64,000 nt of DNA from Azolla caroliniana (GCA_043228905.1 JBHGNT010000008.1:5828001-5892000); one strand, 5' to 3'; shown: positions 24,473 through 35,408, counted from the first letter of the stretch. Notes: generated from the letters alone by a model not told the origin. A program made the numbers and translations.

Positions 24473-25567
24473 TTGATGTTCAGGATATTGTTTTGTGAGA
24501 CTATTAGTTACTTTGTGAGTGTGAATATGTTGGTGTTTTCTGATGTTGCAGAGTCTAAAGGGTTTGATTCTATTGCTCGTAAGGCCAATGGCAATGTGGA
24601 TACTGTTGATGTTGCGGCATGTTTAAAGGGCCCCATCTTGAAAGTAGATGTAGCAACTGACACAAGTGATCTGGTCACACAAGTTGATCAAGCATGTAGC
24701 ACGGATGACTTGGTGTTGCAGGTAGATGCAGCATGTAGCACGGATGACTTGGTGTTGCAGGTAGATGCAGCATGTGATACCAGTGGACTGATATCGAGCA
24801 GAACAGTAGCTACATGCACTGAGGTAATCCAAGGATTGATAACTAAGTCGACAAAACAAGAGCACCAGAATGTGAAGCTAGGCCCAACACAGTTGACTAG
24901 GGGTTTAAAGAGGAAAAGGACACCAGTTGTGTCAGCCGAACCTGAGCTGATTGAGATTGATCGTATCCTACCAGAAAATGGTGTAACAGCGGCTCAGTTT
25001 CAGGAATGGAAACCTAAACCACTAGAAGTCGAAAGAAGAGCCTTGATCTTGGAGCTTGATAAAGTCTTGATGAGTGTGAGATATATGCAGCCAAGGAGGG
25101 ACGCAAATCAGTTTCTAGAGTGGGCTGTGGAATACTTTGATTTGTTTATTTGGAGTGAAAAACCAAAATCAGATGTGTGGAAGTGTTTGGCAAGATTCTT
25201 CCCAAAATGGCGAAGTCGTTTTAAAGGTCAATGGGCACGAGAAAATTGTGAGCAACTGGAAGCTGCAAGATTCAAGAGACTTTCTGATTTTTGGGCTACT
25301 TGGCCTGAATATAATGCCGACAATACATTGATTTTGGATACAGAACATTTCCGACACTACTTCAATATTCGGAGATGCTGTCTCATTCTACCCGAGGAAA
25401 TGCCTGAACAGTACCTGGTGCAAACAGTGAGCTGCCAACTAGGTGCATGGTTGTGGACTCCATACCGAGCTCAATATGCGGATAATATATGTAGACTCGT
25501 TCCACTGACTAGCAAGAGCTTAGCTGTTTATAGGAGATTTGTAGACATTTCCAATGGTAATTTATAA
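24473..25567 (+). CDS. cargo ORF with FCP1/NIF (HAD)-like domain, catalytic motif degenerate; probably a 3' exon (acceptor ~24552)
   Basis: ALILELDKVL...PRRDANQFLEWAVEYFDLFIWS...W.RENC...KRLSDFW...YNADNTLILD follows the FCP1-homology pattern; 13-aa tandem repeats lie N-terminal to it. Confidence 0.6.
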   Translation: MMFRILFCETISYFVSVNMLVFSDVAESKGFDSIARKANGNVDTVDVAACLKGPILKVDVATDTSDLVTQVDQACSTDDLVLQVDAACSTDDLVLQVDAACDTSGLISSRTVATCTEVIQGLITKSTKQEHQNVKLGPTQLTRGLKRKRTPVVSAEPELIEIDRILPENGVTAAQFQEWKPKPLEVERRALILELDKVLMSVRYMQPRRDANQFLEWAVEYFDLFIWSEKPKSDVWKCLARFFPKWRSRFKGQWARENCEQLEAARFKRLSDFWATWPEYNADNTLILDTEHFRHYFNIRRCCLILPEEMPEQYLVQTVSCQLGAWLWTPYRAQYADNICRLVPLTSKSLAVYRRFVDISNGNL

Positions 25568-25697
25568 ATATGTAAAGAGATGACATTATTCAATGAAGAA
25601 TTTAATTACTTGTTCCCACTGTACTTATCTACTGTTTAATTTGAGGAATATGTTGCAGATTGTTGATTTCATTCTATTGATGACTATTTAGCTATTG

Positions 25698-26204
25698 ACA
25701 GCTAATTAGCTGCATTTGTACAGCTAATTAGCTACTGATGACTATTTCGCTATAACTTATAACTTAAAACTTAACAAAAAAGACATGATTTTATTGAGAA
25801 AGAAGCACAGAAAGCAGACTGTATACAAGAAATTGATTCCAAACAAATTTATTGATCTGTTTTCGCGAAATACATGTTTGTTTTACAAGAGAACATGGTA
25901 AGTGCTACTTGTAGCTACAAATTCCATGGCATACTATTGTAAATACATTTGTACAGCTAATTAGCTGCATTTGTACAGCTAATTAGCTACTGATGACTAT
26001 TTCGCTATAACTTATAACTTAAAACTTAACAAAAAAGACATGATTTTATTGAGAAAGAAGCACAGAAAGCAGACTGTATACAAGAAATTGATTCCAAACG
26101 AATTTATTGATCTGTTTTCACGAAATACATGTTTGTTTTACAAGAGAACATGGTAAGTGCTACTTGTAGCTACAAATTCCATGGCATACTATTGTAAATA
26201 CATT
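25698..26204. repeat. 255-bp-period tandem duplication covering the transposase 3' end
   Basis: Near-identical blocks offset by 255 bp (e.g. TGCATTTGTA at 25711 and 25966). Confidence 0.9.
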
Positions 26205-29200
26205 CATACACATTAGCACCAACAGTGTATAAACCGGAGCAGCTATTGTATTCTGACATTGGGACGTTGATGCATCTGACCAAATGAGAGTACATATACG
26301 CCGCTGGTTTGTCTTCTAACAGCCTGTACACATATTCGTAGTCATCTAGTTTTGCATAAAAAATGCCTTCGATGTAGAATGTCCCGGCAGATACAAAATT
26401 TCCCCATGCATCTACAATATTCTGCCTTGCACACTGTTTACTAACCGTGCACTTTAATATATAGAAATCAGCACCCTCTGAATTGCCTTCTTCAGCATTT
26501 ACAGCGAAGTTATCCCCAACGTTCAGGACATCACTCAAAGTATCTCCAAGTCCCTCATATGTGAAGTCAGCATTCTGCCCTGTTTCTCCATCAACTGCTT
26601 CCTTATCATTCAGAGTGTGATACTCCCAATTCTGAATGTATGCTTTGTTTAGACAATATCTCCAATTTCCCTGCACACAATGGAAGCAAAAACAAGTCAA
26701 TTCTCTAACCGCAATACAATGACCATCCAACCTGGAATAACCGCGAACAGCATGCAGAGATCGCAATTCGGGAATTCCTTGGCACTCCCAGGTCTTCTCC
26801 CTATTTACTTCATCTATCTTCACTTCCCAAAATTCACGTTTGATATCTCGAACTTGCGAGGAATAAACACCTGTGGCACTCGTCGACATATTTGTTCTTA
26901 AAAATTCAACTACATGTGATGCACAATTCATGTGCACACCATCTGTCTTTAGTTGTTCATGGGTAAGTGCCCGCTTTATAACAGCCCCTGCACCATCATG
27001 TTCACCTTTACCATGGCCAGACCCAAAAAAATTCCATCTCATCTCCAAACCTGTTATAGCAGGATACCTCCCCACAAAATAAAATGGACGTCGAGCCTTG
27101 AATTGTGACGCACATGTGCAAACTGTATTAGTTAGGGATGCGCTATGGTGACGTAGTAGATTAACAGAGTCCTTCAGAAAACCCATCTGTACATGGTAAA
27201 TGCAACAACATGTGTATCGATCCTTTAAGCGTCTCACAAAGTGTGGCTTAAGAGACTCGAATGTTCGTAGTTGAACTTTGATAGTTGGATGCATTCGTTT
27301 GAACCTAATAAATAAATCGACCTGCGTAATAAAGGGGAATTAGTTATTCTCGTAACTAGCTAACTATCCTAGTAGCTAATTAGCTATTCTAGTAGCTAGT
27401 TAGCTATTCTAGTAGCTAATTAGCTATTCTAGTAGCTAGTTAGCTATTCTAGTAGCTAATTAGCTATCATGGTAGCTAATTAGCTGTCCTAGTAGCTAAT
27501 TAGTTGTCCTAGTAGCTAATTAGCTATCATGGTAGTTAATTAGCTGTCGTAGTAGCTAATTAGCTATCATGGTAGCTAATTAGCTATTCTAGTAGCTAAT
27601 TAGCTATTCTAGTAGCTAATTAGCTATCATGGTAGCTAATTAGCTGTCGTAGTAGCTAATTAGCTATCATGGTAGCTAATTAGCTGTCCTAGTAGCTAAT
27701 TGGTTGTCCTAGTAGCTAATTAGCTATCATGGTAGCTAATTAGCTGTCGTAGTAGCTAATTAGCTATCATGGTAGCTAATTAGCTATTCTAGTAGCTAAT
27801 TAGCTATTCTAGTAGCTAATTAGCTATCATGGTAGCTAATTAGCTGTCGTAGTAGCTAATTAGCTATCATGGTAGCTAATTAGTTGTCCTAGTAGCTAAT
27901 TAGTTGTCCTAGTAGCTAATTAGCTATCATGGTAGCTAATTAGCTGCTCTAGTAGCTAATTAGCTATCATGGTGGCTAATTAGCTTTCCTAGTAACTAAT
28001 TAGCTATCATGGTAGCTAATTAGCTGGTCTAGTAGCTAATTAGCTATCATGGTGGCTAATTAGCTTTCCTAGTAACTAATTAGCTATCATGGTAGCTAAT
28101 TAGCTGGTCTAGTAGCTAATTAGCTATCATGGTAGCTAATTAGTTGGTCTAGTAGCTAATTAGCTATAATGGTGGCTGATTAGCTTTCCTAGTAACTAAT
28201 TAGCTATCATGGTAGCTAATTAGCTGGTCTAGTAGCTAATTAGCTATCATGGTAGCTAATTAGCTATCTCGGTGGCTAATTAGCTGTCCTAGTAACTAAT
28301 TAGCTATCATGGTAGCTAATTAGTTGGTCTAGTAGCTAATTAACTATAATGGTGGCTAATTAGCTATCCTAACTAATTAGCTATCATGGTAGTAGCTATT
28401 GAGAGTAGCCAGTTACCTATGTAGTAGCTATCATAGTAGCTAATTAGCTATCATGGTAGCTAATTAGCTTTCCTAGTAGCTAATTAGCTGGTAATAACGA
28501 AATAGCTAACTAGCTACCATGATAGCTAACTAGCTAGCAGTACAGCTAATTATCTGGCAGTACCTAAATTAGCTATTGAGAATAGCTAATTAGCTATCAT
28601 GGTAGTAACTATTGAGAGTAGCTAGTTACCTATGTAGTAGCGATCCTAGTAGCTAACTGAGGTAAATGTAACTGATAAGCTAATTAGCTTTTCTGCTAAC
28701 TGAGCTAATTAACTTTCCGAGTAGAGTCAAAACAAATGTTGAGATAAATGTAAATACCTGAGGTACATCAAGAAGATGAATGGGATGCTCCTCGTATTGA
28801 TTTCTTCCAACACGTTTCCTGCATAAATCCTTTTTATTGGGTGAAACCCTACTCTCATTAGTCCAAAACATTGTGATTACATCCTTGATTTCAAATGTTA
28901 TGGGTGTCATTGGCTTACATCTTGTAGTTAGCTTTAGTAGACTAGTTCCTTCACCCGAGGAAATTATACGGTTCATTGTATTGTACACTGTTTTTCTACT
29001 AACACCAATTACCTTAGATAGCTCACTGATGTTTATATCGTCAACATCACTATTAAGTAACATCATTAGACTAGACCTTTTTAAGACAAGATCATCTTCT
29101 GACTTGCTCATGGATACGAAACTATTACGAAGATTATTTACTAAAATAGATGATATGTTTGCATTAAGACCATCACAATCAACTAAGTTCTTTATCGATG

Positions 29201-29507
29201 GATCATTACATATTCCATAAAGTACTACCTTCTTTTCTTCATTGCTGATGTGCTTGGTTTGAACATTGAAATAGTCTACAACCTTTCTCTCTATGATGGT
29301 AGTCGCATTACTTACATTCTCAGCTAAACTATCCTTACCTTTACTGAGTGTGGCTTTCGTATCCTTCAACAATTGACGATGTTTCCTTTTTTTTTCTGCC
29401 CAATAGTTTCGTATGGCTTGTTGTGTCCTGATAACATCATCCCTATCCTTATGATCATTGAGGGGTAATTCTAAACACCCTTCTTCCCCTTCCATTTGGC
29501 TAGACAT
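26170..29507 (-). pseudogene. Sola2-like transposase, two exons (29507-28758, 27321-26170), internally deleted
   Basis: FWTNESRVSPNKKD...HLLDVPQ|VDLFIRFK...FESLKPHFVR...TCCCIYH joins directly to CASQFK...HGKGEHDGAG; the expected SDG catalytic segment is missing. Confidence 0.78.
27354..28690. repeat. 20-bp-unit TAGCTAATTAGCTA minisatellite (transposase intron)
   Basis: Palindrome plus 6-nt linker (TTCTAG, TCATGG, TCCTAG, TCGTAG) at a regular 20-bp period. Confidence 0.95.
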
Positions 29508-29839
29508 GTTAAAACCCTAAATTTCCAGAAAAAAAAACAAGTATTAAAGATAGCTATGGGCAACAACAATACACAAAAATATTCCACACAATACACAAGA
29601 TTAGACACAACAATACACAAGATAATCAATAGACAGAAAAGTTATTGCAATCCAAGACCGAACAGTAGAGGATTTCACTCTGTTGGATCCAACAGTTGAG
29701 GAGGCGATCCAAGACCGACCAATGGCAACAACTGAGTGTAGAATGTTGCCGTTGGATGAGTGAACTCCGTCAAATCGAAATGTGGAAGCAATCCAGGACT
29801 GGACAGTAGTGGCAACTGAGTATAGAATGATGGCAATGG

Positions 29840-30578
29840 AGGAGAGAACCCCGTCAGATTGAACAGTTACCGATGATGCTTGAAACGCACATAGAAGGCA
29901 CTTGAGAATAGAGTGGCATAGAGAAGAGAACCCCGTCAGATTGAACAGTTACCAATGATGCTTGAAACGCACAGTAGCGGCCCCTGAGTGAGAGTGGAAA
30001 AGAGAAGAGAACCCCGTCAGATTGAACAGTTACCAATGATGCTTGAAACGCACAGTAGCGGCCCCTGAGTGAGAGTGGAAAAGAGAAGAGAACCCCGTCA
30101 GATTGAATAGCTCTTTGATTATGCTTGGAACGCACAGTAGCAACCCCTGAGTGTAGAGTGGCAAAGAGAAGAGAACCCCGTCAGATTGAACAGCTCTTTG
30201 ATGATGCTTGGAACGCACAGCAGCGGCCCCTGAGTGTAGAGTGGCACAGAGAAGAGAACCCCCTCAGATTGAACAGCTCTTTGATGATGCTTGGAACGCA
30301 CAGTAATGGCCTCTGAGTGTAGAGTGGCACAGAGAAAAGAACCCCCTCAGATTGAACAGCTCTTTGATGATGCTTGGAACGCACAGTAATGGCCCCTGAG
30401 TGTAGAGTGGCACAGAGAAGAGAACCCCGTCAGATTGAATAACTCTTTGATGATGCTTGGAATGCATAGTAGTGGCCCCTGAGTGTAGAGTGTCACAGAG
30501 AAGAGAACCCCGTCAGATTGAGCAGCTCTTTGATGATGCTTGGAACGCACAGTAGCGGCCCCTCAGTGTAGAGTGGCG
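29840..30578. repeat. 81-83-bp tandem repeat, ~9 copies, upstream of the transposase
   Basis: AGAGAAGAGAACCCCGTCAGATTGAACAGCTCTTTGATGATGCTTGGAACGCACAGTAGCGGCCCCTGAGTGTAGAGTGGC units. Confidence 0.95.
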
Positions 30579-30934
30579 GCAGGTGGACTCGATAGGGTTT
30601 AGCAACAGTGGTAGCAACTAACCCACAGTACTCAACTAGAGATGGCCTACGTGATGTGGCAAAGGATCATGCATAATGGACCTAGGAATTCGATATATAA
30701 TTTATGGTACACATTTATGGTGCACACATCAATTTATGTTGCACATTTATGGCACTCATTTACATATGTAATTAAGACACTCTAGTATTTTCAATGGTAG
30801 TTTTTTGCATACTTAATTTATTAATGATGGCTTTTTACTAAAATGACTATTTATCAATGGTAGCTTTTTGCATAGCTAATTAGCTATGTCAAGGACATAG
30901 CTAATTGTTTCCACTCGCATGCTTTCACCCTATA

Positions 30935-33176
30935 ACACTTATAACCCTACTGCTCGTCCGAGTAGCCGACCAAGATACACTTCTCGGCTTTCGCGTCCAA
31001 CTTCCTCCATTTCTCCTTCGGCATATGCACTCTGAAAATTCTCAAGTGTCGTAGATTCGGCTTCCTTCCGAAATACTACTCATGCGCCGACACTTTGTCT
31101 CCGATTCGATTTTGGATGTATACCACGGTTCGTACCGCCTCGGCCCAATAGAACTTGGGCAAGCTCTTTTCCTCCAACATTGCTCATGTCGGTTCTACAA
31201 CTGACTGATTCTTCCTCTTGGCCACACCGTTTTGCTCTGGCGTGTATCTACAACTGAATTCGCATCGAATTCCCATATGTTGCAGATAGTTATTGAATTG
31301 ACAGGAAAAGTACTCTTTTCTGCCATCTGACCGCAAGCACTTGATCTTCCGTCCTGTTTTCATTTCCACGAACCCTTTGAGGTCCCGAAAACAGTCGAAG
31401 ACTTCACTCTTCTTCTTGATGAGATAGATCCACGTGTGCCGCGTATGGTCGTCGATGAAGGAGACAAAATATCGACTCCCGCCAAGACTAACGTTCTATG
31501 CCGGCCCCCATACATCGGAATGTATCAAGTCGAGCTTGTTCCAACTCCGGTTACGCTCGTTAGGGAAAGGAAGCCGGTGCTGCTTCCCGAATTGGCAGGC
31601 TTCACAAATTCGTGCCTTCCGGCCACTAAATTTGGGCAATCCGAACACCACCTGCTTCGATTGCAAGTCCTGAAGCCGTTGATAGTTGATGTGGCCTATC
31701 CGCTTGTGCCATAAGTCGATATCCGACTCGACTTTTTGTCCTTTTGCGAACATTGCGGTGCCACCGTCACTAGGGTCGAGGATAAACATCCTCCCGTCTC
31801 TGCGCCCTTGCGCAATAACTCAGCCTTCTTCTTCGATGAAGCACCCAAGATGCGTGAACCTGACTTGCATCCCCTGGTCGACGATCTGCCCGACCAACAC
31901 CAGATTCTTCGTGATTGTGGGGACGTGTAACACGTTCATGAGTTTCCCTTTCTGCCTAACATGGCTCAGGGGAACTTCACCGACATTCGCGATCAGATGC
32001 AGAGTGTCGTCTCCGGTTGCGAGTACTCCCGGTTGCATCGGTTTCTCAAGTTATGAGAACCATTCCTCGTGGCACGTCATGTGATTTGACGCACCGGAGT
32101 CGACATACCACACCTCGTCCGATTTCGGGGTGGACATCTTCATCGAGTTCGCTTTGTGTCTCATCACGAAGGCTGACACTTTTCCGGCTTTTCCGGACCC
32201 TGTGGCGTAGTGTGATCGTTGCCGATTTCCTTTGTCGGTTTGTCCGGAACTTGATCCGGATCCGGTTCTCTCTGAATTGGTGCGCTTTTTCCAGCACTCG
32301 CTCTCCTTGTGACCTTTTTTGCCACAATACCAACATTCTGCAACGGATTTCCCTTGCCGGTTCTCGTCGCCTCGACTCCCCCTATTTCCGGAGGGTCTGG
32401 AATTGCTATCGGCATCACTTCGGTGCCTTCTTCCTTGATCCTGTCGGCCACCTCCATTGCGCACCGACTCGCCTCATCCGCCACGACCACTAGGCCTATC
32501 TCTCTCCATGTACAGCATCTTGTTGTCGGAATGCGTGCTTGTCGACGCACCCGTGTGGTTGTCCTCTATAAGGAGCATCAACTGCAGGTCGAAAAACGAC
32601 AGCGTATTCTCCCGTGTACACATAACAGTTCGGAATGCTCCGAACTTCTACGCCAGTCCCCCAAGACAGATCTGCACCATCTTGCCTTCCTCGATGTTCA
32701 CATCGATAGAGGCTAAGAAGTCACATATCTCTTTGATCTTCGAGGTGTAATCAGCCACCGATGGAGGCTAGAGAGTCGCAAATGTCCTTGATTTTGGAGG
32801 TGTAGTCTGCCACCGACAAGTCGTGTTGTCGTAGGTTGCTCAACTCTTGTTGGAGTTGAAACTTCCTGGCTGTAGTGCTTGCGGCGAAAATCTTCTTCAG
32901 ATTTCCCCAAGCATCTTTTGGCGTTTTTGCATCCTGAATGTAGCTTAGGAGTTGTTCGCCCACACAAGACACGAAGCAATACAATACTCTGCTCGCCGAC
33001 TGTTCCCACACCGGGAAATCTTTGTGTGTCGATTCAGGTGCTGTATCATTTGCTCTGTCAACATAGCTCCAGTAACCATGCCTGAGCAGGTACTGATGCA
33101 TCTTGTAGGACCAAGACGCGTAGTTGTTTCTGTCGAGCTTCTCTGTCGGAAGCGAGCTAGCCATGCCTCTATCCAT
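30935..33176 (-). pseudogene. copia-2 gag, protease, integrase
   Basis: LDRNNYASWSYKM, CWYCGKKGHKESEC, WYVDSGASNHMT, LWHKRIGH, IHSDVWGP, TPEQNGVA. Confidence 0.92.
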
Positions 33177-33259
33177 TGGTTTTACCTGTTCTTCTTGGTT
33201 GGTTTTCCCTTCAAGCTATGTCAGTTGTAGAGGTTCTCAACCCTTGCGCTCTGATACCA

Positions 33260-33751
33260 GAAAAAAGAATAGCGTGCAGAAGCAATAGGAAACCGAACAC
33301 AGAAAATACGCAGGTTTAATGGAGAGCTTGTATATGCACAGTACACAGGAGAGACAAGGAGAGAGAGAACACACAGAAACTCGATTCAAAATAATATTCA
33401 ATCTGTACATACACCGTGGTTAGTGAGCACCTTTTATACAAGCCCTGACAATAGGGCTGACACAAGTACTGACAGTACTTAACTGCTCATAAATGAGCCT
33501 ACTACGCTAACTCCCAAAATTATTCCTTACGAGGAATATCTTCCTAACGGCCTTCCGGTTTACGCACCGATACAGCCATGTTATGCGTACTGATTTATGC
33601 ATCAGTCCGGCCTAACCGATCGGTCCCAACCGATCCGGTTCTCGGCTTGTACAGCCGATCCGGACATGTTGTGCGTACCGATTTACGCACCCCGTCTACG
33701 CACTGGGTTACGCATCGTATTACGCACGAATGTTGAGCTTGTCTCTCAACA
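33260..33751 (-). repeat. copia-2 5' LTR
   Basis: Adjacent to PBS TGGTATCAGAGC on the minus strand; U5 terminus slightly mutated. Confidence 0.9.
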
Positions 33752-35194
33752 AGGACCAATACTACCAGAACCAGTGGCTCCAGTGAATAAATAGACCAAT
33801 AAGATGCCGGTAACTGAAATAGCACCGGATGCAAATAAGGCACAAGAACAAGAACTCGCCACTCTCAGAGAGGAATTAGCAGCCCAAGAGGCCTTAAGAG
33901 CTAGAGAATGAGACTTGAAGAAGGCGGCGGAGGAGGAACAACGAAAAATGGTAGAGAACCTCTGAAGAGCTGAGGACAATCTACGGAAGGGTAATCAAGC
34001 ATATGACCGATTGAAGGAAGAAAAAGAAAAGTTGTTGCAAGAAAAGGACAAACTCCGGCGATTGGCGGAAGTCGAGATCAAGTGGCTCCAAGAAGAACTC
34101 CCGCAACAGAAGGACCATGAGCCAGGCCCGACGCCAAGTCAATCAGAGGCTGAAATAGAAAACAGAGGATTTTGACAGGTTGCACCGGGATCACAAGCAA
34201 GAGGCGGAACACAAGAAATTGATGGCAGAAGGTGACCGGAAGCAAGAGAAGATGTGGGAACTCCGGGATGAGGTCAACAGGACATCAATGTCATCGCCCG
34301 AAGAAAGGACCAAGGGAGTCGAAACGGCAAAGATGCTAGCAGAAGCAACGAAGGACAGCATGGAGCTTACCCGACAACATCATGAGGAGATGGAACGAGC
34401 AAAGATGGCTCTGAACAGCGTTCAGACGACTTATCAGACGCAATTGATGCGGTATCAGGGACAAGTTGAGGCAACCGCGATCCTCATAAAGCAATTAAAG
34501 GATGAAAAGCAGGCCACGAAGGAGAAGTCAAAGATGGGACCTAGCCGTATTCGAGACATTGTACTGACATGGAGGGACCGGACGAAGAGGTTAATTGAAG
34601 AAAGTTCAATACAGTGGTGGTCCAAATGGGCAAAGCAGGCAACCGAGTTGCAGGTCCTGTGAGCGGATGTGGAGAACCGGCAAAAGGACGGCGATAACTT
34701 CTACAAACTGGATGCGGAAAGCGTTGTGACCATACGAGAGGAGTTATCGGATAACTTCCTGTCCTTGGCCGGAGAGCAACTGGTGGTGGTGGGCCAGCTA
34801 GTGGAACAACTGGATACCCAACTTCAGTTCGAGCGATACGAACAGGAGCGGAGACAACAAATGGTGACTAGAAGCACGATGACAATTAACATTAGTGACG
34901 AAGAGCAATCTCTGGAACATACGCCGAATGCAGCCGAAACCGGAGGAAGCCACCAACTGTAACTCAAGTGGAGCAGCCGAACCCGCAAGAGCCAGTGCAA
35001 GCCGGAAGTCGGGAGCAGGAGGAACCCAGAACTGATGAGCCGGAGATGGAAGGCCGGAAGGGACTGAAGCCGGAAAGGAAGAGCAGGCCGAAGAGCAACA
35101 GCAACAACAGTCACCACAACAAACGGAGCAACTACCCGAAGAACCTCTAGAACCCTTGGACCAAAGCATTCTAGACATTTTGATGGACGATTGA
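33752..35194 (+). pseudogene. gypsy A ORF3, C-terminal coiled-coil part
   Basis: WAKQATELQVL, GDNFYKLDAESVVTIREELSDNF and terminal DILMDD* match B ORF3 (GDKFYKMDEESIVAIREELSEDF, DILEED*). Confidence 0.82.
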
Positions 35195-35206
35195 AAAGGG
35201 TTAACC

Positions 35207-35246
35207 ATGGGTTCGACGTACAATGTATTGTCCCATGGGCGTGCCA
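35207..35246 (+). promoter_or_regulatory. second tRNA-3'-end-like sequence (inverted PBS) at the PPT position
   Basis: ATGGGTTCGA-N14-TCCCATGGGCGTGCCA, 2 nt before LTR start TGTTGGCCGG. Confidence 0.75.
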
Positions 35247-35248
35247 TC

Positions 35249-35408
35249 TGTTGGCCGGCAAGACCAAAGGGCCAGTTAGAGTCCAAAATGTGAAAGGGGT
35301 ATTTAATTAAGGATAGGGAGTTGTTATTAATAAATATTATGTTATTTTGAGAAGATAAATATTATGTTATTTTGAGAAGCAGGCGAACGGACCAAAATCG
35401 GTATGCCG
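35249..35408 (+). repeat. truncated 3' LTR of gypsy A
   Basis: Same first 10 nt and position as the B LTR; contains a ~25-bp local duplication; right boundary approximate. Confidence 0.6.

Larger units (their letters stand above)
19780..30930. mobile_element. 11.15-kb cut-and-paste DNA transposon, Sola2-like
   Basis: 25-bp TIRs GGGT(A/G)AAAGCATGCGAGTGGAAACA (19780-19804, 30906-30930); 4-bp TSD TATA whose removal restores copia KCYNP codons; transposase motif WNFFGSGHGKGEHDGAG. The TE structure is secure; the superfamily call rests on recalled motifs. Confidence 0.85.
16676..33751 (-). mobile_element. Ty1/copia LTR retrotransposon (copia-2), degenerate, interrupted by a DNA transposon
   Basis: ~492-bp direct LTRs, iMet PBS 33248-33259, PPT 17168-17178, degenerate TSD TGGAT/AGGAC. 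Confidence 0.92.
1..35408 (+). mobile_element. Decayed Ty3/gypsy non-chromovirus (Tat/Athila-like) host element A; begins upstream of the window, interrupted by four nested insertions, 3' LTR truncated
   Basis: Collinear + strand remnants: gag with CCHC knuckles (1-595, 5565-6070), protease IVDGGSGVNVI (~6505), RT FLDDF, RNase H and integrase (11657-14950), extra ORF (15300-16675, 33752-35194), then LTR start TGTTGGCCGG at 35249. Reading frames resume across each insertion. Confidence 0.85.

Noticed and set aside
27354-28690. CRISPR-like constant repeat with variable spacers
   Set aside because: Linkers are only 6 nt and recur, the array sits in a eukaryotic intron, and there are no cas genes; it is a minisatellite.
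29840-30578. CRISPR array, or protein-coding repeat ORFs (MRSKHHQRA...)
   Set aside because: Whole units repeat with no unique spacers; the short ORFs are by-products of the repeat.
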